The position numbers and the translations under genes are program-made. Under the pieces are notes generated by a model, which did not search any database, was not told where the DNA came from, and worked only from the letters and a program-made list of their open reading frames with translations. Below, one piece after another: positions 55,483-64,000 of a DNA stretch of 64,000 bases. The stretch's first letter is position 1; every line of letters begins with the position of its first letter. The stretch spans positions 414,841 through 478,840 of the IMG/VR virus record IMGVR_UViG_3300044957_000763; one strand, written 5' to 3'.

Positions 55483-55758
55483 ATGGCAGACTATAGTAAT
55501 TGGACAATGGAGCAAATTTTAGAGCTTAAGCGCAGCAAAGAGATTGAGGCGCAGGCATTGCGTGAAGAGATTCGCGCGCTTGCTCGAGCAGAAGAAAGAA
55601 TTGTAAGATACGAGGAACTAAGGCGTCGTATGGGAGACACGGTTACACCCGAAGACCTTGAAATGCTCTCGGAAATAATCAACACTCCTTCTGGACAAAG
55701 CGTCAGCGTTGATGGTGTTGGCTCCTCTGAGTCAATTGGAGAACCAGGTAAGGATTAA
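55483..55758 (+). CDS. Small coiled-coil protein
   Basis: ATG 55483 with AAGGTG RBS; LKRSKEIEAQALREEIRALAR. Confidence 0.55.
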   Translation: MADYSNWTMEQILELKRSKEIEAQALREEIRALARAEERIVRYEELRRRMGDTVTPEDLEMLSEIINTPSGQSVSVDGVGSSESIGEPGKD

Positions 55759-55761
55759 AGC

Positions 55762-55956
55762 ATGTTAGCTATTCATGCGGACACATTGGTAGAAACTGGT
55801 GGTGTACGGTATTACACAATCACAGGCGGTGATTACGAAGATACCGACTTAGTAGAGGTGTATCGAGAAGGCGATGAACAAAAAACATCAATTGGTGCTT
55901 TTCATGCACACTATATTGTACACGGATATCACATCGGAGAAACACCAACAGACTAA
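55762..55956 (+). CDS. Small hypothetical protein
   Basis: 64 aa ORF tiling between its neighbours, AAGGA upstream. Confidence 0.5.
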   Translation: MLAIHADTLVETGGVRYYTITGGDYEDTDLVEVYREGDEQKTSIGAFHAHYIVHGYHIGETPTD

Positions 55957-55968
55957 AGAGAGAGCAAT

Positions 55969-58407
55969 ATGGCTAGAGTTTCAGTAGAGCACAGATTTAC
56001 GGGAACCACGGGTCCAATTGATAGTTTATCTGCTCCAACAGTTAGTGTTACAAATATTGGTGTAACGGGTGCTACCACTTATGGATATAGGGTTTCTGCC
56101 ATTAATAGTGTCGGTGAAACCCTCGCTTCTAGTACAGTTACCACAACTACAGGTAACGCTGCTTTAACTGGCTCGAACTTTAACCGCATCTCTTGGACAC
56201 GTGTTCTCGGGGCAACCGGATACAAAGTTTATGGCAGAACTGCCAGTAGTGAGTTGCTGATGGCGACTCTTACTACTGCTAATCATTATGATGACACAGG
56301 CGCTGTCTCCCCTTCTGGTGCTTTACCCTCCACAAACACTACTGGTTATTCGTCAACGCGCACATCTATTGGCACTTTAATGAAACAGCAGACTGGTTCT
56401 GCTGATATTGACAAGTGGATTGGGCCGATGCCTGTTGGCATCAGCCGTCCGATGGAGGGCAGTACGGCTATTCCTGGTATTATGCCCCACGTCATTCGTT
56501 GGAGTACGGATATTGACTGGTTGTTTTTGGTTGATAATGCCGCCGCCACCACGAGCCGAAGAATTATTTTCTATGTCTATAACCGCGCAACCAATGTATT
56601 GGCATGGGAGGGGTTTATCACTGTCACTCACCCGTCTCTCACGAACGCCACGGTTCGTGGATTTAAGATGACATATGATACCTATACCACTGGTACTGCC
56701 AGTGCATCTGGTACATCAGTTACCGGAAGTGGAACAGCTTGGTCTGCCAACCGTATTGCTGTTGGTAGTCGTATAGGTTTTGGTTCGACAGACCCCAATT
56801 TTATCACTCGATGGTATGAAATTTCCGCAATTGGTAGCGACACGGGTATTACTCTTGCCGCTGCGGTGGATGCAACTGTTGCTGCAAACACCCCTTATGT
56901 AATTGAGGAGTTACGTGCTGTCATGGCACAAACAAACAGCACTGCTGCCTCTGGCGGACTTTTTGTTGCAAAAGGCTTAAGACCAGAGTTATTCATTACT
57001 TCTGGCACAACAATTGCCGCAGCAACCACTACTGACAGCCAACGCGCTTGTTATTGGCTTGCAGATGCGGCATCTGTTCTTAACCAAACTTCTCTTGGAT
57101 TAGCACTTCAAGCAAAAACATCATACACAGACCAAAATGTGTATGTGTTAGATGGGACTACTTCTTGTAGGGTTTATGTTTATAACATTCGCGCCGCGCT
57201 GTCGGGTTTGGCGTCAGGAAAATCAACATCTGCTATTAGATATTGGACAGGTACGCAGACCTTAACAGGTACTGCAAGTCAGGTGAATAATGCAAGGTTA
57301 GCAACTCTGAACCACGGACCTGGTGCTGGTGTTGAATGTTTGTATTTTAGCACAACCACACGTATTTATAGGGCTAGATTAACAGATATTGTTAACTTGT
57401 CTACTGTGTGGGTAGCCGACTGCATGGTTGAAATTCCACCTGGCAGCACGAACACGACTGCTTCTGCCAGCGTTATGAACACACCAGACTACATTGACAA
57501 TCTTGATAGATTGATTATTTCTAGTACAGGCGGTACTGCATCAAGACATTATGTAACTAGATATCAAACCAATGTAGAACAGTTCGATTTGATTTGGGGA
57601 GTTGATACTAGACAGCTTGACTCAACACTGGCCGATGTCAACGCGCCCATTTTGCCAGGTAACATCTTAGCTACCCCATTTACATTTTGGACTGAAAGTG
57701 GTTTAACATATATTGCTAGAGTGGGCGCTGCTACCACCTCAAACCATGTCTATGTGGTGCCATTCGGCGCTCACTGGGGGTTGCAAACCAACCAAAGAGT
57801 AATTACTCCAGAAATTAGCACACCAAACTGTGTATCATATCATAGAGCGTGCATGTCTTTTGTTAGAAAAGTAGGTGCTGATAAGTTTTCAGTATCACCC
57901 GAATCTATCAAAATGTATTATAGAACTAATGGTATCACTGATAATACTGGTACATGGTATGAGTTGGATGATTATGCAAGTTTATCAGGTGTAGCCCCCA
58001 GTTCAAGCATTCAGTTTATGTTTGAATTCAAAACTATTGGTACTTTTTGTTTACCAGGAAGGCTTTTGGATTGCGAGGTTATGTACGAAACGGAAGATAC
58101 TCTTCCATCTCATCTTCAATGGAATTTTGCAGATTCTAATAACTCAAATGGAACGATTGGTTTTATTCAAAAATCAACCTATGGTAGTGTTCCAAATTTG
58201 CAAATTGACTACTATCGAGCAGATAATGACATTAATCTTCTAACACAAGCCAGCACAGGTACCACAAATGGTACTTTTGAATATTGGACAGGAGCGGCAT
58301 GGGCGGCTGGTTTGGGTTCTGATGCGGTTGGACAAAGACGTAGATTCGTTCCGTCTGCCGGACTGCCAGCAAGCACAAATGTTTACGCGAAAATACAGGT
58401 GATTTAA
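55969..58407 (+). CDS. Tail/receptor-binding-like beta-rich protein, paralog 1 of 3
   Basis: 812 aa, Thr/Ser/Gly-rich; N-terminal FN3-like YRVSAINSVGETLAS; colinear with the next two ORFs. Confidence 0.6.
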   Translation: MARVSVEHRFTGTTGPIDSLSAPTVSVTNIGVTGATTYGYRVSAINSVGETLASSTVTTTTGNAALTGSNFNRISWTRVLGATGYKVYGRTASSELLMATLTTANHYDDTGAVSPSGALPSTNTTGYSSTRTSIGTLMKQQTGSADIDKWIGPMPVGISRPMEGSTAIPGIMPHVIRWSTDIDWLFLVDNAAATTSRRIIFYVYNRATNVLAWEGFITVTHPSLTNATVRGFKMTYDTYTTGTASASGTSVTGSGTAWSANRIAVGSRIGFGSTDPNFITRWYEISAIGSDTGITLAAAVDATVAANTPYVIEELRAVMAQTNSTAASGGLFVAKGLRPELFITSGTTIAAATTTDSQRACYWLADAASVLNQTSLGLALQAKTSYTDQNVYVLDGTTSCRVYVYNIRAALSGLASGKSTSAIRYWTGTQTLTGTASQVNNARLATLNHGPGAGVECLYFSTTTRIYRARLTDIVNLSTVWVADCMVEIPPGSTNTTASASVMNTPDYIDNLDRLIISSTGGTASRHYVTRYQTNVEQFDLIWGVDTRQLDSTLADVNAPILPGNILATPFTFWTESGLTYIARVGAATTSNHVYVVPFGAHWGLQTNQRVITPEISTPNCVSYHRACMSFVRKVGADKFSVSPESIKMYYRTNGITDNTGTWYELDDYASLSGVAPSSSIQFMFEFKTIGTFCLPGRLLDCEVMYETEDTLPSHLQWNFADSNNSNGTIGFIQKSTYGSVPNLQIDYYRADNDINLLTQASTGTTNGTFEYWTGAAWAAGLGSDAVGQRRRFVPSAGLPASTNVYAKIQVI

Positions 58408-60860
58408 TGAGCAAGGTGGTAGTAGAATCGTTATTCAATACCGCATCTAGAGTGCCTATTAACACCATAGGCACTCCATCTGGTGTAGTTGTCACAAACG
58501 TTGGCACTACTGGTGGCACAACATATGGTTATCGTATTTCTGCGGTTAATAACGCAGGTGAAACACTCGCGTCTTCAAGCACAGCCACCGCTACTGGCAA
58601 TGCGGCTTTAACGACATCTAACTTTAATCGCATCACTTGGAATAGGGTGGTGGAGGCTTCATCTTATAAAATTTACGGACGAACCAATGGTGCCGAATTA
58701 TATATGACTTCCACCACTGGACTTCATTTTGATGACACAGGTGCTATTTCTCCGTCAGGCGCTCTTCCCGGTTCTGATACCTCAGAATACGATTCAACAA
58801 AAGTGTCTATAGGCACAGCAATGAAATATGTTGCAGACGGAGGCATTGGTCCTTGGCCTGTCGCCATATCGCGTCCAGGCGAAACAAGCACGGTAGTTCC
58901 GGTTAACATGGTGCATGCAGTGACTTGGAGTGGAGACATCGACTGGATTTTTGCGGCCGATGCTGCTTCCGCCGCTGCTACTCGCAGAGTTGTAATGTAC
59001 GAATTCAACAAACGAACTGGTATTTTAATCTGGAAAGGATTTATTACGCTTACGTATCCGCCTAACACTAACCACACCATTCGAGGAATAGCCGCAGGAT
59101 ATGATGTTTACACCACAGGTAGCGTGGCAGTTTCGGGTACTGCAGTTACTGGCACTGGTACTACGTGGTTAGCCGACAGATTAGCGGTAGGTTCTCGTAT
59201 AGGCTTTGGCTCGACAGACCCATCTCAAATCACTCGATGGTATGAAATTTCCGCAATTGGTAGTGACACAAGTATTACTCTTGCTGTGACAGTGGATGCA
59301 ACTATTTCCGCTGGCTCTGCATATTGTATCGAAGACCTACGTATTTATACCGCAACCACTAATGCCACTGCCGCAAATGGAGGGCTGTTTGTGGCAAAAG
59401 GCTTAAGAGCAGAAATTTTTTCATTTGCGGGCACAACAATCACCAACGCAGTGTCGACAGACAATATCCGAGCGGTGATGTGGCTTGCTGATGCCTCAGT
59501 CGTAACTAACACTACCGCTTGTGGTGCGGTGCTGGTGGGAAAGAGTAGTTGGACATCCCAATTTTTATATGTGTTGAATGGTGGCGGTACTACAACAGCT
59601 AGATTTTTCAAGTACAACGTTCGAGCAGCATTAACTTTGGCTAGTGGAAAAGACACGACATCATTAAACTTGCAAACTGGAAACCAAGCAGTCAGTAACA
59701 ACTTGCAACAATTAGGCAGCACTGTTATAGCTACAACATCTCACGGTCCAGGAAGTGGTGCAGAGTGTATTTATTTCACAACTACGACCAGGGTACATCG
59801 TGCAGCAACCAGTGGTATTACAGCAGCAAGTACAACATTTATAAACGACAACATGACCGAGGTGCCACCAGGTGGCACAAACACATATGCCGCTACAAAT
59901 GCGCTACAGGGCATAGACTATATTCCTGGTATTGACAGGTTCGCTATATACACCACCAACACAGGCTCCACAAGACATTATGTTACTCAATATCAAACGG
60001 GCGGCAGTAACTACGATAGCATTTTTTGCGTAGATACCAAGCAAGTTGACCAGACATTAGCGAATCCAGAAATAGCACCACCATCCATTGTGAATAATAC
60101 AACATCGGGTCTTACTGTTACATCTTTTTCGCTCTACAATACGACCTATTTGATTAGAGGAAGTGCTACTGCTAATATTTGCTGGTTGCACGCTTGTAAT
60201 TTTGGTTCAGATTACACATTCTCAAGCATTACAGGCAATGACCAGTCTATTATAACTCCAGAAATGACATGCACTGATAATGTCATGTTTTATCGCGTTT
60301 ATGTAAACTATTTGCGAACACATGGTTCGGACAGGTATAATCATTATCCAGTAGAACCATATAAAATTTGGTATCGTACATCTGGTATTTCTGACAACAG
60401 TGGTGGTTGGACCGTTGTTCCAACTGGTGGTGTTTTAACTGCGGTTACTCCCACTTCATCAATACAATTTAGAATCAGATTCAAAACTATTGGCACTCAC
60501 TCGTTGCCAACTAGAATTTATAATGTATGTGTAGTGTACGAAAATTCTATAGATATTCCGGCACATCTAAAATGGAACTTCAATGATACGAATAATTCGA
60601 GCGGAAACGTCGGTTTTATTCAATGTTGTTATTATGGAAGTGTGCCAAATTTACAAATCGACTATTATCGGTCAGATACTGATGCCAATGTGTTGTCTCA
60701 AGCAAGCACGAGCAGTACAAATGGTGTTTTTGAGTATTGGGATGGCAGTACGTGGACATCTGGTTTGGGAACTGATACAATAGATATTAGACGAAGGTTT
60801 CGACCAACTGCGTCCCTGCCATCAGGTGTTAATTTATATACGAGGCTAAAGGTAATCTAA
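58407..60860 (+). CDS. Tail/receptor-binding-like beta-rich protein, paralog 2 of 3
   Basis: 817 aa; shared blocks SNFNRITW, GSRIGFGSTDP, GGLFVAKGL, EVPPGGT, YGSVPNLQIDYYR, GVFEYW; TAATG coupling. Confidence 0.6.
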   Translation: MSKVVVESLFNTASRVPINTIGTPSGVVVTNVGTTGGTTYGYRISAVNNAGETLASSSTATATGNAALTTSNFNRITWNRVVEASSYKIYGRTNGAELYMTSTTGLHFDDTGAISPSGALPGSDTSEYDSTKVSIGTAMKYVADGGIGPWPVAISRPGETSTVVPVNMVHAVTWSGDIDWIFAADAASAAATRRVVMYEFNKRTGILIWKGFITLTYPPNTNHTIRGIAAGYDVYTTGSVAVSGTAVTGTGTTWLADRLAVGSRIGFGSTDPSQITRWYEISAIGSDTSITLAVTVDATISAGSAYCIEDLRIYTATTNATAANGGLFVAKGLRAEIFSFAGTTITNAVSTDNIRAVMWLADASVVTNTTACGAVLVGKSSWTSQFLYVLNGGGTTTARFFKYNVRAALTLASGKDTTSLNLQTGNQAVSNNLQQLGSTVIATTSHGPGSGAECIYFTTTTRVHRAATSGITAASTTFINDNMTEVPPGGTNTYAATNALQGIDYIPGIDRFAIYTTNTGSTRHYVTQYQTGGSNYDSIFCVDTKQVDQTLANPEIAPPSIVNNTTSGLTVTSFSLYNTTYLIRGSATANICWLHACNFGSDYTFSSITGNDQSIITPEMTCTDNVMFYRVYVNYLRTHGSDRYNHYPVEPYKIWYRTSGISDNSGGWTVVPTGGVLTAVTPTSSIQFRIRFKTIGTHSLPTRIYNVCVVYENSIDIPAHLKWNFNDTNNSSGNVGFIQCCYYGSVPNLQIDYYRSDTDANVLSQASTSSTNGVFEYWDGSTWTSGLGTDTIDIRRRFRPTASLPSGVNLYTRLKVI

Positions 60861-63274
60861 TGGCTAAAATTGCAGTTGAACACGTATTTGGAAGCGAGAC
60901 AGTGCCGCTCGTGGCATTAGAAGAACCATCAGGTGTTTCGGTGGCTAATTTTGGCACACCTGGCGCTACAACATATACGTACTATGTTTCGGCTTACAAT
61001 GCCAGAGGAGAAACCCTCACCACAACCGCAGTTACAACCACGGGTAACTCAACTCTTTCATCGACAAATTTCAATCGCATTACATGGAACAAAGTGTGGG
61101 GCGCAACTGGATACTATGTTTATAACGCAACTGGTGCATGGGCTCCAACATCCAACCTACATCTTGATGATACTGGCACAAGTAGCACAGCTAGAAGCCA
61201 ACAGATAGAAAACACTACAGGATACAATCCACTGTATACCTCTATTGGCACGCTGATGTATCAATCGGGAGGTTCCATTGGACCGATGCCAGTAAAAGTT
61301 GCGCGACCAATGCAGGAATCAACAGCGTTTCAGTGTGCGTTTCCTGCTGTTATACCGTGGAGTCCAACAGTCGATTGGATATTCTTAATCGAGGGTTCCG
61401 CCGCTGCGCCCACACGGCGTGTCATGTTATATGAGTTTAACAGAGGCACAGATGCCTTTACCTGGAAAGGCTTTATTACGGTTACATTTCCACCAAACAC
61501 CAACCATACTGTTCGTGGTTTTTCGATGGCTTACGATGTGTACACCACTGGGACAGTAAGTGTGTCAGGCACAGCAGTTACTGGTACTGGTACTACATGG
61601 ACAACAGACCGATTAGCTGCTGGAAGTAGAATAGGTTTTGGTTCAACTGACCCAAATCAAATTAGTACATGGTATGAAATTTCAGCCATTGGAAGCAACA
61701 CCAGCATCACTTTAACCGGCAGTGCTGGAACAATTAATGCAAATTCAGTATATTGTATCGAGGAATTGAGGGCAGTGGTTGCAACGACTAACGTAACAGC
61801 TACTAACGGTGGACTGTTTGTTGCCAAAGGATTGAAATATGAAAATTTTGTATCTGGTGGAACAACAATTTCTGCTGCAACAACTACAGACAATATCCGA
61901 GCCGTATATTGGCTCGCAGATGCTGGCAGTGTGACAAATACTGTCGCCTGTGGTAATGCGCTTGATGACAAAGAAAGTTGGTTGACTCAATATTGTTATG
62001 TCATAGATACAGTCGCCACCCCAAAAGTTTATAGATACAACATTCGTGCATCTTTGTCTGGATTGGCGTCAGGGAAGTCCACATCAGCATTTACATTTGT
62101 TACAGGTACTCAATCTGTAACAGGAACAACATCACAGCAAAATAACGGCGAACTTATTACAGCCAATCATGGACCCGGTAAAGATAATAAATGTTTGTAT
62201 TTTGTTACTACTACACGAATTTATAGAGCAGATTTAGCTAATGTTGTAAACGCAAGTACGGTTTGGATATCTGATTGTGCTGTTGAAATTCCACCAGGTG
62301 GAACGACTACTTTTCCAGCTACTTCTGCTATGGCTTATGTTGAGCATGCAGATTTTATAGATTCGTTTATTGTCTACACAACTGGAGCAACATCATTTAG
62401 AAGTTATTTCACGAACTACAGCACCAATGTTGCTCCTTTGAACTCTATTATTGGTTATGATTCAAAACAACTAGACCAATCAACAGCAGATGTGAACTCT
62501 GCACCACACCCTTCGATTGGTGTCTCTCAGTTGATATCTTGGAATGAGGAAGGAATGCACTATGTATTAAGACAAAATTCATCCTCAACATTAAACCAAT
62601 TATATGCAGTGCCTCTTTCTGCTTGCTACACATATGGATGGGGAAGCGGATATGAACAATACGTTGTGACACCAGCATTGCCAACTCCAAATGGAGCAAC
62701 TTTATACAGAGCGTATGTTAACAATTTACTTGCGCATGGAGGAAGTGACGCCTTTGCCATATTACCAGAGAGTATACGAACTTGGTATCGAATCGAGGGA
62801 ATCTCAGACAACACGGGCACGTGGTATTTGTTGCCAGACAACGGTAGTTTGGCCGGTGTTGAGACTGGTAAAGACATTCAATTTAGATTGGATTTTAAGG
62901 TTATTGGCGGATATCAGTTGCCATCAAAAGCATATTCAGTCTGTGTCGTTTATGAAACAGACACAGATATTCCATCGCATTTGCAGTGGAATGTTGGAGA
63001 TTCAAGTTCTTCTACTGGTATTGTTGGATTTATTCAAAAAGGCACATACGGCAGTGTTCCCAATTTGCAAATTTCTTATTATCGCACAGACACAGACGAG
63101 CTTGTTTTAACACAGGCCAGTACAGGAAGTACTTACGGCACATTTGAGTACTGGAACGGCTCTATATGGACTTCTGGTCTTGGAACTGACACTAACGGAC
63201 TACGCCGAAGGTTCAACCCAACCATAGGTGTATTGACCGGAATTAACGTATATTGTAAATTGAAAGTGGTGTAA
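60860..63274 (+). CDS. Tail/receptor-binding-like beta-rich protein, paralog 3 of 3
   Basis: 804 aa; same blocks as paralogs 1 and 2; TAATG coupling. Confidence 0.6.
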   Translation: MAKIAVEHVFGSETVPLVALEEPSGVSVANFGTPGATTYTYYVSAYNARGETLTTTAVTTTGNSTLSSTNFNRITWNKVWGATGYYVYNATGAWAPTSNLHLDDTGTSSTARSQQIENTTGYNPLYTSIGTLMYQSGGSIGPMPVKVARPMQESTAFQCAFPAVIPWSPTVDWIFLIEGSAAAPTRRVMLYEFNRGTDAFTWKGFITVTFPPNTNHTVRGFSMAYDVYTTGTVSVSGTAVTGTGTTWTTDRLAAGSRIGFGSTDPNQISTWYEISAIGSNTSITLTGSAGTINANSVYCIEELRAVVATTNVTATNGGLFVAKGLKYENFVSGGTTISAATTTDNIRAVYWLADAGSVTNTVACGNALDDKESWLTQYCYVIDTVATPKVYRYNIRASLSGLASGKSTSAFTFVTGTQSVTGTTSQQNNGELITANHGPGKDNKCLYFVTTTRIYRADLANVVNASTVWISDCAVEIPPGGTTTFPATSAMAYVEHADFIDSFIVYTTGATSFRSYFTNYSTNVAPLNSIIGYDSKQLDQSTADVNSAPHPSIGVSQLISWNEEGMHYVLRQNSSSTLNQLYAVPLSACYTYGWGSGYEQYVVTPALPTPNGATLYRAYVNNLLAHGGSDAFAILPESIRTWYRIEGISDNTGTWYLLPDNGSLAGVETGKDIQFRLDFKVIGGYQLPSKAYSVCVVYETDTDIPSHLQWNVGDSSSSTGIVGFIQKGTYGSVPNLQISYYRTDTDELVLTQASTGSTYGTFEYWNGSIWTSGLGTDTNGLRRRFNPTIGVLTGINVYCKLKVV

Positions 63275-63290
63275 TTCACTGGGAAAATAA

Positions 63291-64000
63291 ATGGCAGATG
63301 GAGTTCAGCTAGGCGGAGGACCACTGCTTCTGGCCCCATCAATCACACTTGCGTTTAACGGTACGGTCACCAGCCCCGATGGCGCAGATACTATTGTTGG
63401 AACCGGGAGTCAGTCTGGAATTTCAGGAATCGTAACGATTCCTGAAGAATCGTTTAACATTGCTGGTGGTTCTGGAACCATATCGTTTCAGCCAGTATTT
63501 AGCAGTGGTTCAATCGTTCTAACCGGCATTGGAAGTGCAAACCAAACCATCACTCACACGAGTTTGGCCTCTGCTGCGGCCTATGGTACGCACACGTTGT
63601 CAGCAACTGCGACTATCACTCATACAAGTTTGCCATCTGCTGCGGCTTACGGTACTCACACGCTGGTTGCTGGAGCAGTGACTATCACTCATACGAGTTT
63701 GGGAACAAGCGCTGCTTATGGTACGCATACGTTGGTTCGTGGAGCAGTGACTATAACTCATACGAGTTTGGGTACAAGCGCTGCTTATGGTACTCACACA
63801 CTGGTTCGTGGAGCAGTGACTATAACTCATACGAGTTTGCCATCTGCTGCTGCTTATAGTACACATACGTTGGTTGCTGGAGCAGTGACTATCACTCATA
63901 CGAGTTTGGGAACAAGCGCTGCTTATGGTACGCATACGTTGGTTCGTGGAGCAGTGACTATAACTCATACGAGTTTGGGTACAAGCGCTGCTTATGGTAC
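63291..64000 (+). CDS. Repeat-containing tail fibre/surface protein, truncated by the window end
   Basis: Frame open from ATG 63291 to the window end (MADGVQLGGG...), ending in 22-23 aa repeats TITHTSLGTSAAYGTHTLVRGAV; not in the ORF track because it has no stop. Confidence 0.7.
   Translation, partial: MADGVQLGGGPLLLAPSITLAFNGTVTSPDGADTIVGTGSQSGISGIVTIPEESFNIAGGSGTISFQPVFSSGSIVLTGIGSANQTITHTSLASAAAYGTHTLSATATITHTSLPSAAAYGTHTLVAGAVTITHTSLGTSAAYGTHTLVRGAVTITHTSLGTSAAYGTHTLVRGAVTITHTSLPSAAAYSTHTLVAGAVTITHTSLGTSAAYGTHTLVRGAVTITHTSLGTSAAYG
63546..64000 (+). repeat. 69-bp coding tandem repeat with a 207-bp higher-order duplication
   Basis: gcagtgact at 63675, 63744, 63813, 63882, 63951 (period 69); first unit is 66 bp; unit 6 is identical to unit 3. 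Confidence 0.95.

Noticed and set aside
55471-55497. AAGGTG at 55471 as another promoter, and AGGTG in general as a Shine-Dalgarno
   Set aside because: At 55471 it sits 6 nt before an ATG and is followed by TAG at the -10 position, so it is an RBS. The five accepted sites are 31-93 nt from their start codons, too far for an RBS.
60824-63250. AGGTG sites at 60824 and 63226 near tail gene starts
   Set aside because: The spacing to TAA is 18 or 13 rather than 17, both lie in paralogous coding sequence, and the downstream genes are closely coupled.
1-64000. The many short (60-200 aa) overlapping and antisense ORFs in the six-frame track
   Set aside because: They lie inside long motif-bearing genes and lack RBS or family motifs; treated as shadows. 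Only the minus-strand block at 53188-54998 occupies its own space.
63546-64000. CRISPR array or iteron interpretation of the 69-bp repeats, and the antisense ORF 63600..63968
   Set aside because: Units are contiguous, a multiple of 3, vary at third codon positions and have no unique spacers; this is a coding repeat on the + strand.
1-64000. Stop-codon reassignment, tRNA/tmRNA genes, reverse transcriptase or DGR
   Set aside because: Genes tile densely in standard code with TAA, TAG and TGA all used as stops; no cloverleaf or T-loop signature in the gaps; no YxDD RT motif or adenine-specific template/variable repeat pair was seen.

Overview
This window is a gene-dense piece of a large (jumbo/huge) tailed phage genome, almost all on the + strand and in standard code. 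I see no rRNA, tRNA, CRISPR array or host housekeeping operon. 1-20.7 kb: a bacterial-style replication/recombination module (DnaE, gp32-like SSB, RecA, zinc-finger-less DnaG core, RecJ, class II RNR, DnaX, DnaN, HolA-like delta) with SpoVS, a SigH-like sigma, a second sigma-70 factor and a probable third sigma-like protein carrying two C2H2-type zinc fingers. 20.8-53 kb: DNA packaging and head module (TerS-like, TerL with a class 3 intein, many uncharacterised proteins including one of 2502 aa, UDP-galactopyranose mutase, DUF192, a portal fused to a DUF559 nuclease-fold domain, a 1410-aa prohead protease, acidic scaffold, decoration protein, 286-aa HK97-type capsid protein). 53.2-55 kb: a four-gene minus-strand island. 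55-64 kb: virion/tail genes, including three tandem ~810-aa paralogs and a truncated protein with 69-bp repeats. The most interesting signals are (i) three short peptide motifs shared by otherwise unrelated head-region proteins (R/K-x-A|Q/A/S, T-L-E-x-x-L-E-x-x-R and A-x-x-L-D-x-x-G-x4-A-D-x-x-D), which may form a cleavage and head-targeting code, and (ii) three recurring intergenic promoter-like motifs, including a strict AGGTG-N17-TAA, beside three phage sigma-like genes. Family assignments and motif counts were made by eye with no database search, so they are hypotheses.
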